From assembly GCA_963692865.2 (NCBI GenBank), contig OY843592.1, forward strand, positions 3,552,001 to 3,616,000: a DNA stretch of 64,000 bases. Direction: 5' to 3'. Made by a program: the position numbers and the translations under genes. Numbering within the stretch: position 1 is the first letter of the stretch; every line of letters starts with the position of its first letter. Under the pieces are notes generated by a model. It searched no databases. It was not told where the DNA came from and saw only the letters and a list, made by a program, of their open reading frames with translations. The DNA comes from a bacterium (lineage in GTDB: Bacteria; UBA8248). Shown in pieces: positions 33,927 to 42,959 of the stretch.

Positions 33927-33950
33927 CAGATACTCCTATCCCGCCCTACG

Positions 33951-34273
33951 GGGGTTGTTGAAAAAGTCCCCCAAGAGGGAATAATGCCCCAAAGAACACC
34001 GCCGAATGCGGGAAGATGGTTTTGCTCCTCGCTTTTGCTCGTCATTCCGGCAATCATTCTCGCCCGATGAGGAAGAGAATGCGGAATCCAGAAATGTCCC
34101 CCGTGGGACATTTCACCTTGCCTTTTAGACTTTGCTCTTCGCCTTCTCCCATCCGGGCAGTGAGAACATGAAATGCCGGATCGCCTTGATCCTCATCGGT
34201 TCTGGATTCCGGCCTTCGCCGGAATGACGGCGGTGGACAATTCCGATCGAGGAGGGACTTTTTCAACAGCCCC
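33951..34273. mobile_element. MITE-like element E4 with GTCATTCCGGC...GCCGGAATGAC REP cargo
   Basis: TIRs GGGGTTGTTGAAAAA / TTTTTCAACAGCCCC. Flanks CTACG/TTACG, the right one being the TAA stop of the neighbouring hydrolase. Homologous in reverse to 50728-50908. Confidence 0.82.
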
Positions 34274-35452
34274 TTACGCGCCCAGCTTCTCGGCCATCCA
34301 GTCCGCCATGTAGCCCACGACGGGGGCAATGTAGTCCATGTGGCAATGCTGGGAGCCGCCGTCGGTCCCCTTGTAGACCCGCAAGGTCTTGTCCTTCGAG
34401 CCCGCCGCCCTGTAGAGCGATTCCGCATCCGCCAGCGGGATTTGCTGATCGTCCTCCCCGTGCACGAGCAGGAAGGGGCACTTCATCCGCTGCACCACGC
34501 CGTCCAGCCGGAAGCCCTCGAGTTTCTCCAGGCCCTCTTCCGCCGTCTTGACGTTGAAGCTCCACGCCAGGTGATTCCCCGGCGAGGGAAGCTGAATCCT
34601 GAACGCCGCATCGATTCGCCTCTTCCATATCGCGTGGTAGTCCCAAATCGCGCCGTGGGCGAGACACGCCTTGAAGCGGCGCTCCATGCCGGCGGTTCTG
34701 GGCGCGTAGTATCCCCCCAGGCTCGACGCCATGATGCCCGCACGCTTCGCGTTCACATCCTTGCGCTTCTCCAGCCAGTCGAGTATTGCCGAGCCCGCCA
34801 CCTCGTAGTCGTGCCTCAGATATATCTTGCGAAAGCGGATGGCCTCGCCCACGCCCGGGCTGTCGACCACCACCACGCTCATGCCGCGCCGGGCGAGTTC
34901 GCGCGCCGAGATGACCATGGGCGATTCCTTGGTGCCGTCGAAACCTGAATACAGCACGACAACAGGGGGTCTCGATTTGCGCGTGTTCTCCGCATGGACG
35001 AAATAGCCGGGCAAGGATTTGCCCCCCTCGAAGGGGATATCGACGATCTCCGCCCTGGGACTGTCGTTTAAGCGGATGTAGCGCTTGAAGCTGTCGATGG
35101 ATTTCCGGTAGACGCCCTGCGAAGCATTGTCCTTCGGGAAGCGGAAGCGATCCGCCATCTGGTGATAGGTGGAAGAGCGGCAGAAATGGCCCGCCGCCGT
35201 CAGGGTCTTGCCGCGCCGCTGCGCCGCCACACCCATCGCGCGAATGCGGTCGCCCATGCGTTTCCACTCCTCGTACCAGAGTTCGTCGTTGCCGACATCT
35301 TTATCGAGATTCCGGCAGACCTCGAAAATCTCCGCCGGGTCGGCACCGCCGCCCGCCACGCGCATCAGGCCCATGGAGGTGATGAACGACCAGCGATAAT
35401 TGTCTGGGAAATAGGTGAACCAGGGAATCTTGCGAACCGCTTTGACGACCAT
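34274..35452 (-). CDS. Alpha/beta hydrolase, FrsA / 2,6-dihydroxypseudooxynicotine hydrolase-like
   Basis: GFDGTKE, DSPGVGE, ASSLGGYYAPR, HGEDD, GSQHC. Confidence 0.82.
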   Translation of the reverse strand: MVVKAVRKIPWFTYFPDNYRWSFITSMGLMRVAGGGADPAEIFEVCRNLDKDVGNDELWYEEWKRMGDRIRAMGVAAQRRGKTLTAAGHFCRSSTYHQMADRFRFPKDNASQGVYRKSIDSFKRYIRLNDSPRAEIVDIPFEGGKSLPGYFVHAENTRKSRPPVVVLYSGFDGTKESPMVISARELARRGMSVVVVDSPGVGEAIRFRKIYLRHDYEVAGSAILDWLEKRKDVNAKRAGIMASSLGGYYAPRTAGMERRFKACLAHGAIWDYHAIWKRRIDAAFRIQLPSPGNHLAWSFNVKTAEEGLEKLEGFRLDGVVQRMKCPFLLVHGEDDQQIPLADAESLYRAAGSKDKTLRVYKGTDGGSQHCHMDYIAPVVGYMADWMAEKLGA

Positions 35453-35681
35453 GCGCGCTCTCCTCGTATGTCGATATGTGGAACCGCTCCCTTTGATGAT
35501 GCGGCCAAGTATACGCGAGATGATCCTCTTCTTGGAATCGGGTTATGATTCGCAGGTCTTTTCCGGCTATGGTCTTTTCAGCGCATCACACTCAGGGAGT
35601 TTATTAGGGTACCGTTCCCGCTTTCCCACAAGCGTAGCGAGCAACCCTTATCAATTATCCATCACTATAGAGGAGTCATAC

Positions 35682-36098
35682 ATGCCATTTTACAGCACCG
35701 AGACCATCGAGAACGTACAGCTCCGCACGGGAAACCCGGGCGAGTACAAGCCCCTGGCCGGGGAGTTCATGAAGGCGGGCGTCGTCACCTACCGAAAGGG
35801 TACGGGCTCCAAGCCCCACTGGCACAACAACGAGGAGCAATACATCTACGTCATCGAGGGCAAGCGCTACATGCGCCTGGGCGATGAGGAGCGCATCATC
35901 GGCCCCGGCGACATCGTCCACATCCCCCGGGGCACGCTCCACGGCGGCAGGACGCTCACCGAAAAGGCGGTGATGTTCGTGGCGAAATCCCCCGCCGAAG
36001 ACCCCGACCTGGGGGCCGACCACCATTACCCGGACGATCTGGCCGACATCATCGCGCACCTCGACGCCAAGGCGGAGGAGCTTTACGGGAAGGTGTAG
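35682..36098 (+). CDS. Cupin domain protein
   Basis: PHWHNNEEQYIYVIEG...PGDIVHIPRGTLHG. GAGGAG RBS. Confidence 0.88.
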   Translation: MPFYSTETIENVQLRTGNPGEYKPLAGEFMKAGVVTYRKGTGSKPHWHNNEEQYIYVIEGKRYMRLGDEERIIGPGDIVHIPRGTLHGGRTLTEKAVMFVAKSPAEDPDLGADHHYPDDLADIIAHLDAKAEELYGKV

Positions 36099-36118
36099 GG
36101 TGGGGTCGCAATAAGAAT

Positions 36119-36345
36119 TACTCCCCCTTGGGGGGTTGTTGAAATACCCTTCTCCGCCTCATCCTGAGTAGCGGCGAAACCGCGTATCGAAGGATGCCCG
36201 CTCTCCCCGGCGCGAGGCGTTCGACTCCCCCCGCCCTTCGGCAGGCTCAGGACAGGCCCCTTCGATACGCCGCCTACGGCGGCTACTCAGGGTGAGGAAA
36301 GAAGCGTCGTCGGTTTGCAGGGGCCGTTCGCGAACTGCCCCTGCT
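36119..36345. repeat. Element E5: half C/G palindrome, left TIR and CATCCTGAGTAGC-type REP pair; no right TIR
   Basis: ACTCCCCCTTG followed by GGGGTTGTTGAAATA. 36132-36296 is homologous in reverse complement to 3017-3156. Confidence 0.72.
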
Positions 36346-36443
36346 ATCGCGTTCTGTCCCTGCGACAGCGATTCGCTTGCCGGAGCAAATCATCGGGAGG
36401 CGAACCAACCACCGCGCGATATGGCTTTGATATCGAGCCGCCC

Positions 36444-37568
36444 TCACAGCCGCCGGCGCAGGGCGACGTGCAGGCCGATGTCGGGCGCGGCGTCCCGCGC
36501 GCCGTCGTCTTCGGTGACGGCGATTTCGAGCGTCGTGCGCTCATCCAGTTTCAGCGCGCCGCCGAAACCCAGCATGACGCTCGGGTCCGAGAGCGGAGAC
36601 ACCCCGGATGAGCCGTAAGCCGAGGAATGGACGTCCACCTGCACCGTCAGGGTGAGGCGCGCCAGGGGCCGCCAGGTTACGCCGAAGCGTCCGAAGGCGA
36701 CGAACTCACGGTCGAACCCGGAAAGATTCTTCGGCGCCTGCGCGAGGGTCGCTCCCAGGGTGGCGGCGTAGAGCCAGCGGCGCGAGTCGGCGGACCCCGG
36801 CAGCGCGCCCGATGTCTCCGCCCAGAGCGAGGCCGAAAGACCGCCCGAACCCGTCAGCGAGTCCTCATCGCCGGTCGGCAGCCTCACGGCGGCCCGAACC
36901 GCCAGACCGTCATTCGAAAAAAACCGCCCCGGCGGCGCATAGCCCACGCCGAGGCCGACGTCCCCGAGCGAGAGGACGTTCTCGCGGATATCGGCATGGG
37001 TCCGGGCGCCGTCGCGGTGGAAGAGGATCAACCTGTCGTACGGCGCCTTGTCCCTGTCGTTCTGGGGCAGGCCGAAAAAGTCGTGCCAGTCAACGATGAA
37101 CGAGTCGAAAACGCCCGCGCGATGGGCGACGAGGGGCATTTCGACGAACCACTCCCAGCGGTCCCGGAACCCGCCCCGCAGGGCGAGCGCCAGCCTGTAC
37201 GTCTCGCCGTCGATCAGGACGCGCTCGGAACCGGATTCCTCCCCGACGAAGTAGGAGGCGATATCCGTCGAGAGGAGCAGTTCCTTGGAACCCGGCGCCA
37301 GGAGGCGCGCGCCGAAAGAAGCGGGCGCGGCGTAGATGAGATGAAACGGATGGAGGTTCACCATGCGCAGCGGCTCGGCGACGGCGCCCCACTCCGATTT
37401 TTCCCCGACTCGCTGGGCGGCAGCGACGCCCGATGTGAAGACGCACAAAGCGAGAACGAAAACCAGGCCGGCAAACCGCCCGGAATCGACCCGCCACGGT
37501 GAACGATTGACCTTCGAGCGGCTCGAATCGTCTTTCAAATTGCTTCTCCTTTCGTATGACGCATCCAT
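36444..37568 (-). CDS. DUF3187-like putative outer-membrane protein
   Basis: Hydrophobic signal-like segment, DGETYRL, FIVDWHDFFGLP, LPTGD, TED, beta-strand pattern. Start uncertain. Confidence 0.7.
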   Translation of the reverse strand: MDASYERRSNLKDDSSRSKVNRSPWRVDSGRFAGLVFVLALCVFTSGVAAAQRVGEKSEWGAVAEPLRMVNLHPFHLIYAAPASFGARLLAPGSKELLLSTDIASYFVGEESGSERVLIDGETYRLALALRGGFRDRWEWFVEMPLVAHRAGVFDSFIVDWHDFFGLPQNDRDKAPYDRLILFHRDGARTHADIRENVLSLGDVGLGVGYAPPGRFFSNDGLAVRAAVRLPTGDEDSLTGSGGLSASLWAETSGALPGSADSRRWLYAATLGATLAQAPKNLSGFDREFVAFGRFGVTWRPLARLTLTVQVDVHSSAYGSSGVSPLSDPSVMLGFGGALKLDERTTLEIAVTEDDGARDAAPDIGLHVALRRRL

Positions 37569-37700
37569 TTACAAACCGCGCCTCGACCGGCCCCACACAC
37601 TCCTTCGCCGCAAAATCCGGCCGGCATCATCAAGCGCATCGGCACCGTCCCCCGCAGGGACAGGTCGCGACCCGTCCCTACGAAAAATATCCGCCTCGTA

Positions 37701-38081
37701 TCAGAACGGATCGTCGGGCGGCGGGGCGTCGGGCGCGGCTTCGCCCGCGGCGACTCCCTTGAGGCTCCAGGTGGTGTCCTTGACGTAGATGGCCTCGACC
37801 TCCTCGATCATCTCCGCCGCGTGGACCTCGTTGGCCGGAATGTGGATGACGTCGCCCGGCCCCAGCTCAAACACCTCGCCGCCCATCGTGAACTTCTGCC
37901 TTCCGCGCATGATGTAGATGAACTGCTCGCAGGCGTGGTAGTGGGGCTTCGCCTCCGTGCCCGCCTCCCAGATGCGGTGGCAGAAATACATCCGCTCGCC
38001 CTTGATGCTCTCCCCGTGGCCCGAGGAGAGGCCGGGGTTCTGCCGCACGTCCCTCAAGTCTTCGAACCGGTAAACGGGCAT
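37701..38081 (-). CDS. Cupin domain protein
   Basis: PHYHACEQFIYIMRG...PGDVIHIPANEVH. Confidence 0.88.
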   Translation of the reverse strand: MPVYRFEDLRDVRQNPGLSSGHGESIKGERMYFCHRIWEAGTEAKPHYHACEQFIYIMRGRQKFTMGGEVFELGPGDVIHIPANEVHAAEMIEEVEAIYVKDTTWSLKGVAAGEAAPDAPPPDDPF

Positions 38082-38121
38082 TTCATGCTCCTTGTTATCT
38101 AGTCTTCATCTTTATCAAACG

Positions 38122-38406
38122 CTATTTCTTGGCCTTGCGGCTTGCCTCACGCACATAATCGTATAATTCAATATCATCCGATTCGAGCGCCTCAATTCCT
38201 TTATCCGTAATCTCCCAAATATGTTCTTGAGTTCCCTCTATCTTTCGACTTCGCAAATGTCCTGACTTTTTATAATCGGTGCGTGTGATGAGCGCCTCCA
38301 ATACACGCTCTTTTATTTCACTCCCAGTGAGAGGCCCTCTGCTATCAAGCATGACAAGCACGGCATACATGATCTTGGCATCAGTAACCCTGGTGCTCTT
38401 GGCCAT
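38122..38406 (-). CDS. Small winged-helix protein, Mrr N-terminal-domain-like
   Basis: 94 aa, lower GC. EIKERV...IWEITDKG pattern. Confidence 0.5.
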   Translation of the reverse strand: MAKSTRVTDAKIMYAVLVMLDSRGPLTGSEIKERVLEALITRTDYKKSGHLRSRKIEGTQEHIWEITDKGIEALESDDIELYDYVREASRKAKK

Positions 38407-38438
38407 ACCCCGGACTCTCCTTTCTCACAATGACGCGC

Positions 38439-39329
38439 TCAATCACACCCCCGCACCTTGCGGATAAACGCCGCCACGGCTTGCCCTATTTCATCGGGGC
38501 AGTCCTCCTGCCCGTAGTGGCGGGTAGGTATGGTTATCTCCTCCTGGTTGGGCCACTCCCGGCAGAAGTCCCGCGCGGCCCCCGCCAGCGCGTGGCCGTA
38601 CTCGCAGTTGATGAAGAGTTTGGGCAAGTCCTCGCTCGCGCGCAGAAAATCGCTGTAGCGCTTCACGATCTCGTAGTTGTCGCGAGGCTCGCCCTCGAAG
38701 GGAATCTCGCACGCCCACTGGTGGGTCTGTCTTCTTTTCCGGGGATCCCGGGTAGGCGCGCGGTAGGCCTCTTTTTCCGCCGCGCTCAGATCGCGCACGA
38801 CCCCCCGCTCGAACAGCATGGCCTCGACGAAGAAATTATCCTCCATCACCATCGCGAGACCCCCCTCGCCACGCAGCGTCTTGAACTGCGCGACCCTGTC
38901 CTCGGGCATGTCCGTCCAGAGGCGCGGGCGCACCATGGACTCCATATAGGCCAAGCCGATGGCCTGCTCCGGGAACCGCGCGACGCGGTTGAACCCCAGC
39001 GCCGCGCCCCAGTCGTGGAGCACGAAAAACGCATCTTGCGTCGCCCCCACCCCCTCGAACCAGGCGTCCATGTAGGGGATGTGGTCCCGGTAGCGGCAGC
39101 CGCCGCCCGGAATGTTGTCCGACTCGCCGCTGTTCATGAGATCGGGCGCCAGGCACCTTCCTAACCCTTCCAGGTGGGGGATCACGTTCCGCCAGAGATA
39201 GGAAGTCGCCGGGTTGCCGTGCAGCAAAACGATGGGCGCGCCCTCCCCGACTTCGATATACGCCATCTCAGCGTCGAGCACTTTGACGCGCTTTCTTTGA
39301 TAGGGGTCATCAGGCGAGACGGGACTCAT
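38439..39329 (-). CDS. Haloalkane dehalogenase
   Basis: LHGNPATSYLWRNVIP, HDWG nucleophile, AYMES, HYGQED. Confidence 0.92.
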   Translation of the reverse strand: MSPVSPDDPYQRKRVKVLDAEMAYIEVGEGAPIVLLHGNPATSYLWRNVIPHLEGLGRCLAPDLMNSGESDNIPGGGCRYRDHIPYMDAWFEGVGATQDAFFVLHDWGAALGFNRVARFPEQAIGLAYMESMVRPRLWTDMPEDRVAQFKTLRGEGGLAMVMEDNFFVEAMLFERGVVRDLSAAEKEAYRAPTRDPRKRRQTHQWACEIPFEGEPRDNYEIVKRYSDFLRASEDLPKLFINCEYGHALAGAARDFCREWPNQEEITIPTRHYGQEDCPDEIGQAVAAFIRKVRGCD

Positions 39330-39374
39330 GGATGGCTCCAAAAATCAAGAATCACGACCCAAGGGCGCGCATCG

Positions 39375-39541
39375 GGGCCTGTTGAAAAAAACCTGCAATG
39401 AGGCAATAGGATTCCGCCTTGCCGAAGGGCGTGTAGGGGCCGCATACATGCGGCCCATGACGGGCGGCGAAAAAAGCCGGGTCGCATATATGCGACCCCT
39501 ACAAAAATAATTTTTTCCTCTCCGGGTTTTTCAACCATCCC
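39375..39541. mobile_element. MITE-like element E6 with GTAG REP pair
   Basis: GGGCCTGTTGAAAAA ... TTTTTCAACCATCCC. 39433-39502 is nearly identical to 2852-2922. Confidence 0.75.
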
Positions 39542-39566
39542 TTTTAAGGAGGCGGAACGCCTCACC

Positions 39567-39938
39567 TCAGTTGGTCGTACCCTCTTCCTGCCTTGGGTCG
39601 ACGAGTTCCAGCCGCGCGTCTCCCTCCAGCATCCCAACCCGGTAGAGGGTATGCGCCAGAGACTGCGGAGACTTTAATACCTCGACTCGCTTGGAGACAC
39701 TCAAAAGGAGCCTTATTAAATCCACCATCCGGGCGACGGCGGCGCCGTCTACGAGTTCCAACTCCTCCAAGTCGAGGCTCGTGGCGTCGGCGCACAAGCT
39801 CTCGCCTTCCATCGCCTCCAGGACGCGGGCCGCGCCTTCTGAATCGAGATCGCCTGAGAGCGTGAAGCGTTCGCCCGAGACGGATTTTCCGAGTTCATAC
39901 CTGTGATGCGAGAGCAGGGTTTGTTGCCCGGAGTTCAC
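39567..39938 (-). CDS. STAS-domain-like small protein
   Basis: LSGDLD...LDLEELELVDGAAV pattern. Confidence 0.6.
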   Translation of the reverse strand: MNSGQQTLLSHHRYELGKSVSGERFTLSGDLDSEGAARVLEAMEGESLCADATSLDLEELELVDGAAVARMVDLIRLLLSVSKRVEVLKSPQSLAHTLYRVGMLEGDARLELVDPRQEEGTTN

Positions 39939-39950
39939 CGTGAATGGGAC

Positions 39951-41039
39951 TTAATGGGAATGGACGCCCGTGAGCGGGAAATCGATGGGCCTGTTCTCTT
40001 TCGCGCTGTGCTCGATCGCCAGCGTCACCTCGAGCACGGTGCGGGCGTGTTCGGGAAGCGCGAGGGAGACGCTCCGGCCCATCGTCACGCGCTCCAGGAA
40101 CAGCCTCGTCTCATCGCGCATCGGCCCCCAGAAATCGCCCACCAGCCAGTCGCCCGCCATCATGGATTCAAGGAACACGACGTCCGAAGTCATGCCCTCC
40201 ACGTAGGGCGAGGGCACGCCCTTGTTCGTCGCCATGACGGCGTTTTTGTGCGAATCGTCTATCGCGATGGCCCCCTCGGTGCCCATGACTTCCAGGTCGA
40301 TGGAGGTGATGTTCGCCGGCCAGTTGTCGGGCAGTATCCACGAGCAGCCGAAGTTCACGGTGCCCCCGTCCTCGAAGGTGAGAATCGCCCACGCCCAGTC
40401 CCCGCAGCCCATCGGATGATGCGGGAACACCTTGCTTCCCCCCTGGGCGTAGACGCGCCTGGGTTTTCGGCCCTCGAAATACCACAGGCAGATGTCCACC
40501 ATGTAGGTGAGCGTGTCGGTGACGGGGCCGGCGTGCGCGGCGCGCTTGTATATCTCCGCCCCGTTGGTGGTGACGTTGTAGAGCGTGGCCCGCGCGGTCT
40601 GGAGATGCCCGAGCCGGCCCCGCTGAATCTGCTCCTTGGCGTTCAGGAAGCGCCGCCTCTGCCGCTGCGTGTAGCCGATGAAGAGCTCGGCGCTCGATTT
40701 CTCATACGCCGCGAGAATCCTGTCCGCATCCTCCAGCGACAGGGATATCGGCTTCTCGCAAAGCACGGGCTTTCCGAGTTCGAGCGCCCGGCAGACGGCG
40801 TCCGCGTGATCGAACTCCGGCGTCGAGACGATCACCGCGTCCACGTCCGGGTGCGCGATTACCGCCTCGTTGTCGCCGGTGTGGAAATCGGCCTGCGTTT
40901 CCTCGGCAATCATTTTCGCGCGCGCGGGGTCCCTGTCCGAAAGCGCGAGAAACTTCACCTCAGGCGACCCCGACGCCAAGTGCGCGCGCAGTCTCCCCAT
41001 GCGTCCCGAACCCACGATTCCCAAACCGATCTGCTTCAT
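39951..41039 (-). CDS. Gfo/Idh/MocA family oxidoreductase
   Basis: GSGRMG, VSTPE, CEKPIS, GYTQR. Confidence 0.9.
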   Translation of the reverse strand: MKQIGLGIVGSGRMGRLRAHLASGSPEVKFLALSDRDPARAKMIAEETQADFHTGDNEAVIAHPDVDAVIVSTPEFDHADAVCRALELGKPVLCEKPISLSLEDADRILAAYEKSSAELFIGYTQRQRRRFLNAKEQIQRGRLGHLQTARATLYNVTTNGAEIYKRAAHAGPVTDTLTYMVDICLWYFEGRKPRRVYAQGGSKVFPHHPMGCGDWAWAILTFEDGGTVNFGCSWILPDNWPANITSIDLEVMGTEGAIAIDDSHKNAVMATNKGVPSPYVEGMTSDVVFLESMMAGDWLVGDFWGPMRDETRLFLERVTMGRSVSLALPEHARTVLEVTLAIEHSAKENRPIDFPLTGVHSH

Positions 41040-41043
41040 CTCA

Positions 41044-42135
41044 TCATCCCTGAAACGGCAGTTCGATGACCTCGCCGCCCCGGCGGGCGCTCTCTTCCAT
41101 AGCGAGGGTGAGCTCGAGCACGGCGCGGCCCGTCTCCGCGTCGCAAAGCGGCACGTCCTTGCCGGTGGTGACGCGCTCCAGGAAAAGCCTCGTTTCGTCT
41201 CTCATCGGCCCCACGAAATCGCCCACCGCCCAGTCCCCCGGCATGGCGGAACCCAGGAAGGCGACCTCCACCGAGGAATCGGGCGCATAAGGCGAGGGAA
41301 CGCGCTCGTTGCCCACCATCATCACGTCCTTGTGGCCGTCGTCGATGCGGATGGCGCCCTCGCTCCCGAAGATGTCCATGCTGATGGTCGCCACCGTGGC
41401 GGGCCAGTATTCGGGCAACGCCCAGTTGCCGCCCAGGCACGCCGCCGCCCCGTCCTCGAAGGTGACGACCGCCCAGCCGTAATCCCCCATCCCGTCGGGG
41501 TGATCGTGAAACACCTCGCTGCCCGCCTGCGCGTAGACGCGGACCGGCTTTCTGGGCTGGAAGAACCACAGCGCCATGTCCGCCATGTAGGTGATCTCGT
41601 CCGTGAAGGGGTTCGCGTGCGGGGCGCGCAGGTAGACCTGGCGCGCCGTGGGGCGCGTGTTGTAGATGGTCATGCGCGCGGTCATCACCTCGCCCAGGCG
41701 GCCCGCGTCGATGTGCTCCTTGATAGCGAGGAATTTCCGCCTGATCCGCTGCGTGTAGCCGATGTAGAGTTCCGCCCCGCCCCTGGCCTTCGACTCCATG
41801 ATCCTGTCCGCATCGGGCAGCGTGAGCGCGATGGGCTTTTCGACCAGCACGGGCTTTCCGGCCTCTAACGCCATGCAGATGGCCTCGGTGTGCTCGCCCT
41901 CGGGCGTGGAGACGATGAGGGCGTCCACCTGGGGGTGCTCGATGACTTCGCGATTATCCGAAGTATGAAAGGCCGCCTCGTTCTGCTGGGCCACGGCTCG
42001 GGCGCGTTCTGCGTCGATGTCCGATATGGCGAAAAAGTTCACCACCGGCGAGGTCGCCGCCAGATGCGCGCGGAGCGAGCCGATCTTGCCCGCGCCGATC
42101 AGGCCGATGCCGACCTCTTGCTTTTGAATCACCAT
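41044..42135 (-). CDS. Gfo/Idh/MocA family oxidoreductase (paralog of neighbour)
   Basis: GAGKIG, VSTPE, VEKPIA, GYTQR. Confidence 0.9.
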   Translation of the reverse strand: MVIQKQEVGIGLIGAGKIGSLRAHLAATSPVVNFFAISDIDAERARAVAQQNEAAFHTSDNREVIEHPQVDALIVSTPEGEHTEAICMALEAGKPVLVEKPIALTLPDADRIMESKARGGAELYIGYTQRIRRKFLAIKEHIDAGRLGEVMTARMTIYNTRPTARQVYLRAPHANPFTDEITYMADMALWFFQPRKPVRVYAQAGSEVFHDHPDGMGDYGWAVVTFEDGAAACLGGNWALPEYWPATVATISMDIFGSEGAIRIDDGHKDVMMVGNERVPSPYAPDSSVEVAFLGSAMPGDWAVGDFVGPMRDETRLFLERVTTGKDVPLCDAETGRAVLELTLAMEESARRGGEVIELPFQG

Positions 42136-42211
42136 ATCGGGTTTCTCCCTGAAGTCCGGCGAATCCTACATTCCCGCCTCGCCCTCCGCAAGGCGCGCAG
42201 GGCTGCTTCGA

Positions 42212-42650
42212 GAGGTTGTTGAAAAAACCGGCAAGGGCCTTGCAAGCAGAGGGTTTGTAGGGACAGGCCCCCGTGCCTGTCCCTGTGAAGCGTAGCCACG
42301 GGGGGCAGGGCGGCTATCGGGGGCCGCCCTGCTACGGGGGAACGCGCTTTTGATCGTCATTCCGGCGAAAGCCGGAATCCAAGGACTTTGCATTTTGTTC
42401 TTTAGCCGTCATTCCCGGCGAATGAAAGAGGAGAGGGAATGCCTCGAATTATCCACCTCATCGGCTCTGGATTCCGGCTTTCGCCGGAATGACGGTGAGT
42501 AATTTCGATTTGAACTGGAAGGAATCTCCCGTCAGGACAGGCACGGGGGCCTGTCCCTACGTTAAACCACCCCGAAGGATAGGTTTCACTCCCCCTGCCC
42601 CGGTTGACTCCATTCGCCAAATCACGGAATCAGACTTTTTCAACAACCCC
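42212..42650. mobile_element. MITE-like element E7, nested REP cargo, TCGA target duplication
   Basis: TCGA|GAGGTTGTTGAAAAA ... TTTTTCAACAACCCC|TCGA. Confidence 0.87.
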
Positions 42651-42707
42651 TCGAACGAAGTAGGCGCGATGGAACGTACCCCGCACTCTCGAAAAGCGCC
42701 TCGCCTC

Positions 42708-42959
42708 TCAGATCATCCCGCCGACGAAACCCTGCCTGCGCGTTCTGGCGACCGGCTCGATACGCGCTTTCCGAGAGCGGCATTCCCGGCAGCGCAGGAG
42801 GGGTTCCAGGTCTTCCACGCGCATTCCGCGATGCGCTTTTTCCGTCCCCGGCCGGGCCAGGAGTTCGGCGGGTTCCAGGGCCGTCTCCCGGCCGCAGACC
42901 CCGCATACCGCGATGAAATACCAGTCTCCCCCGGCGTAATCGCCCAGGCAAAGCGCCAT
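42708..42959 (-). CDS. Small CxxC...CxxC putative zinc-binding protein
   Basis: 83 aa, CGVC...CREC. ATG overlaps the polymerase stop (TAATG). Confidence 0.72.
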   Translation of the reverse strand: MALCLGDYAGGDWYFIAVCGVCGRETALEPAELLARPGTEKAHRGMRVEDLEPLLRCRECRSRKARIEPVARTRRQGFVGGMI

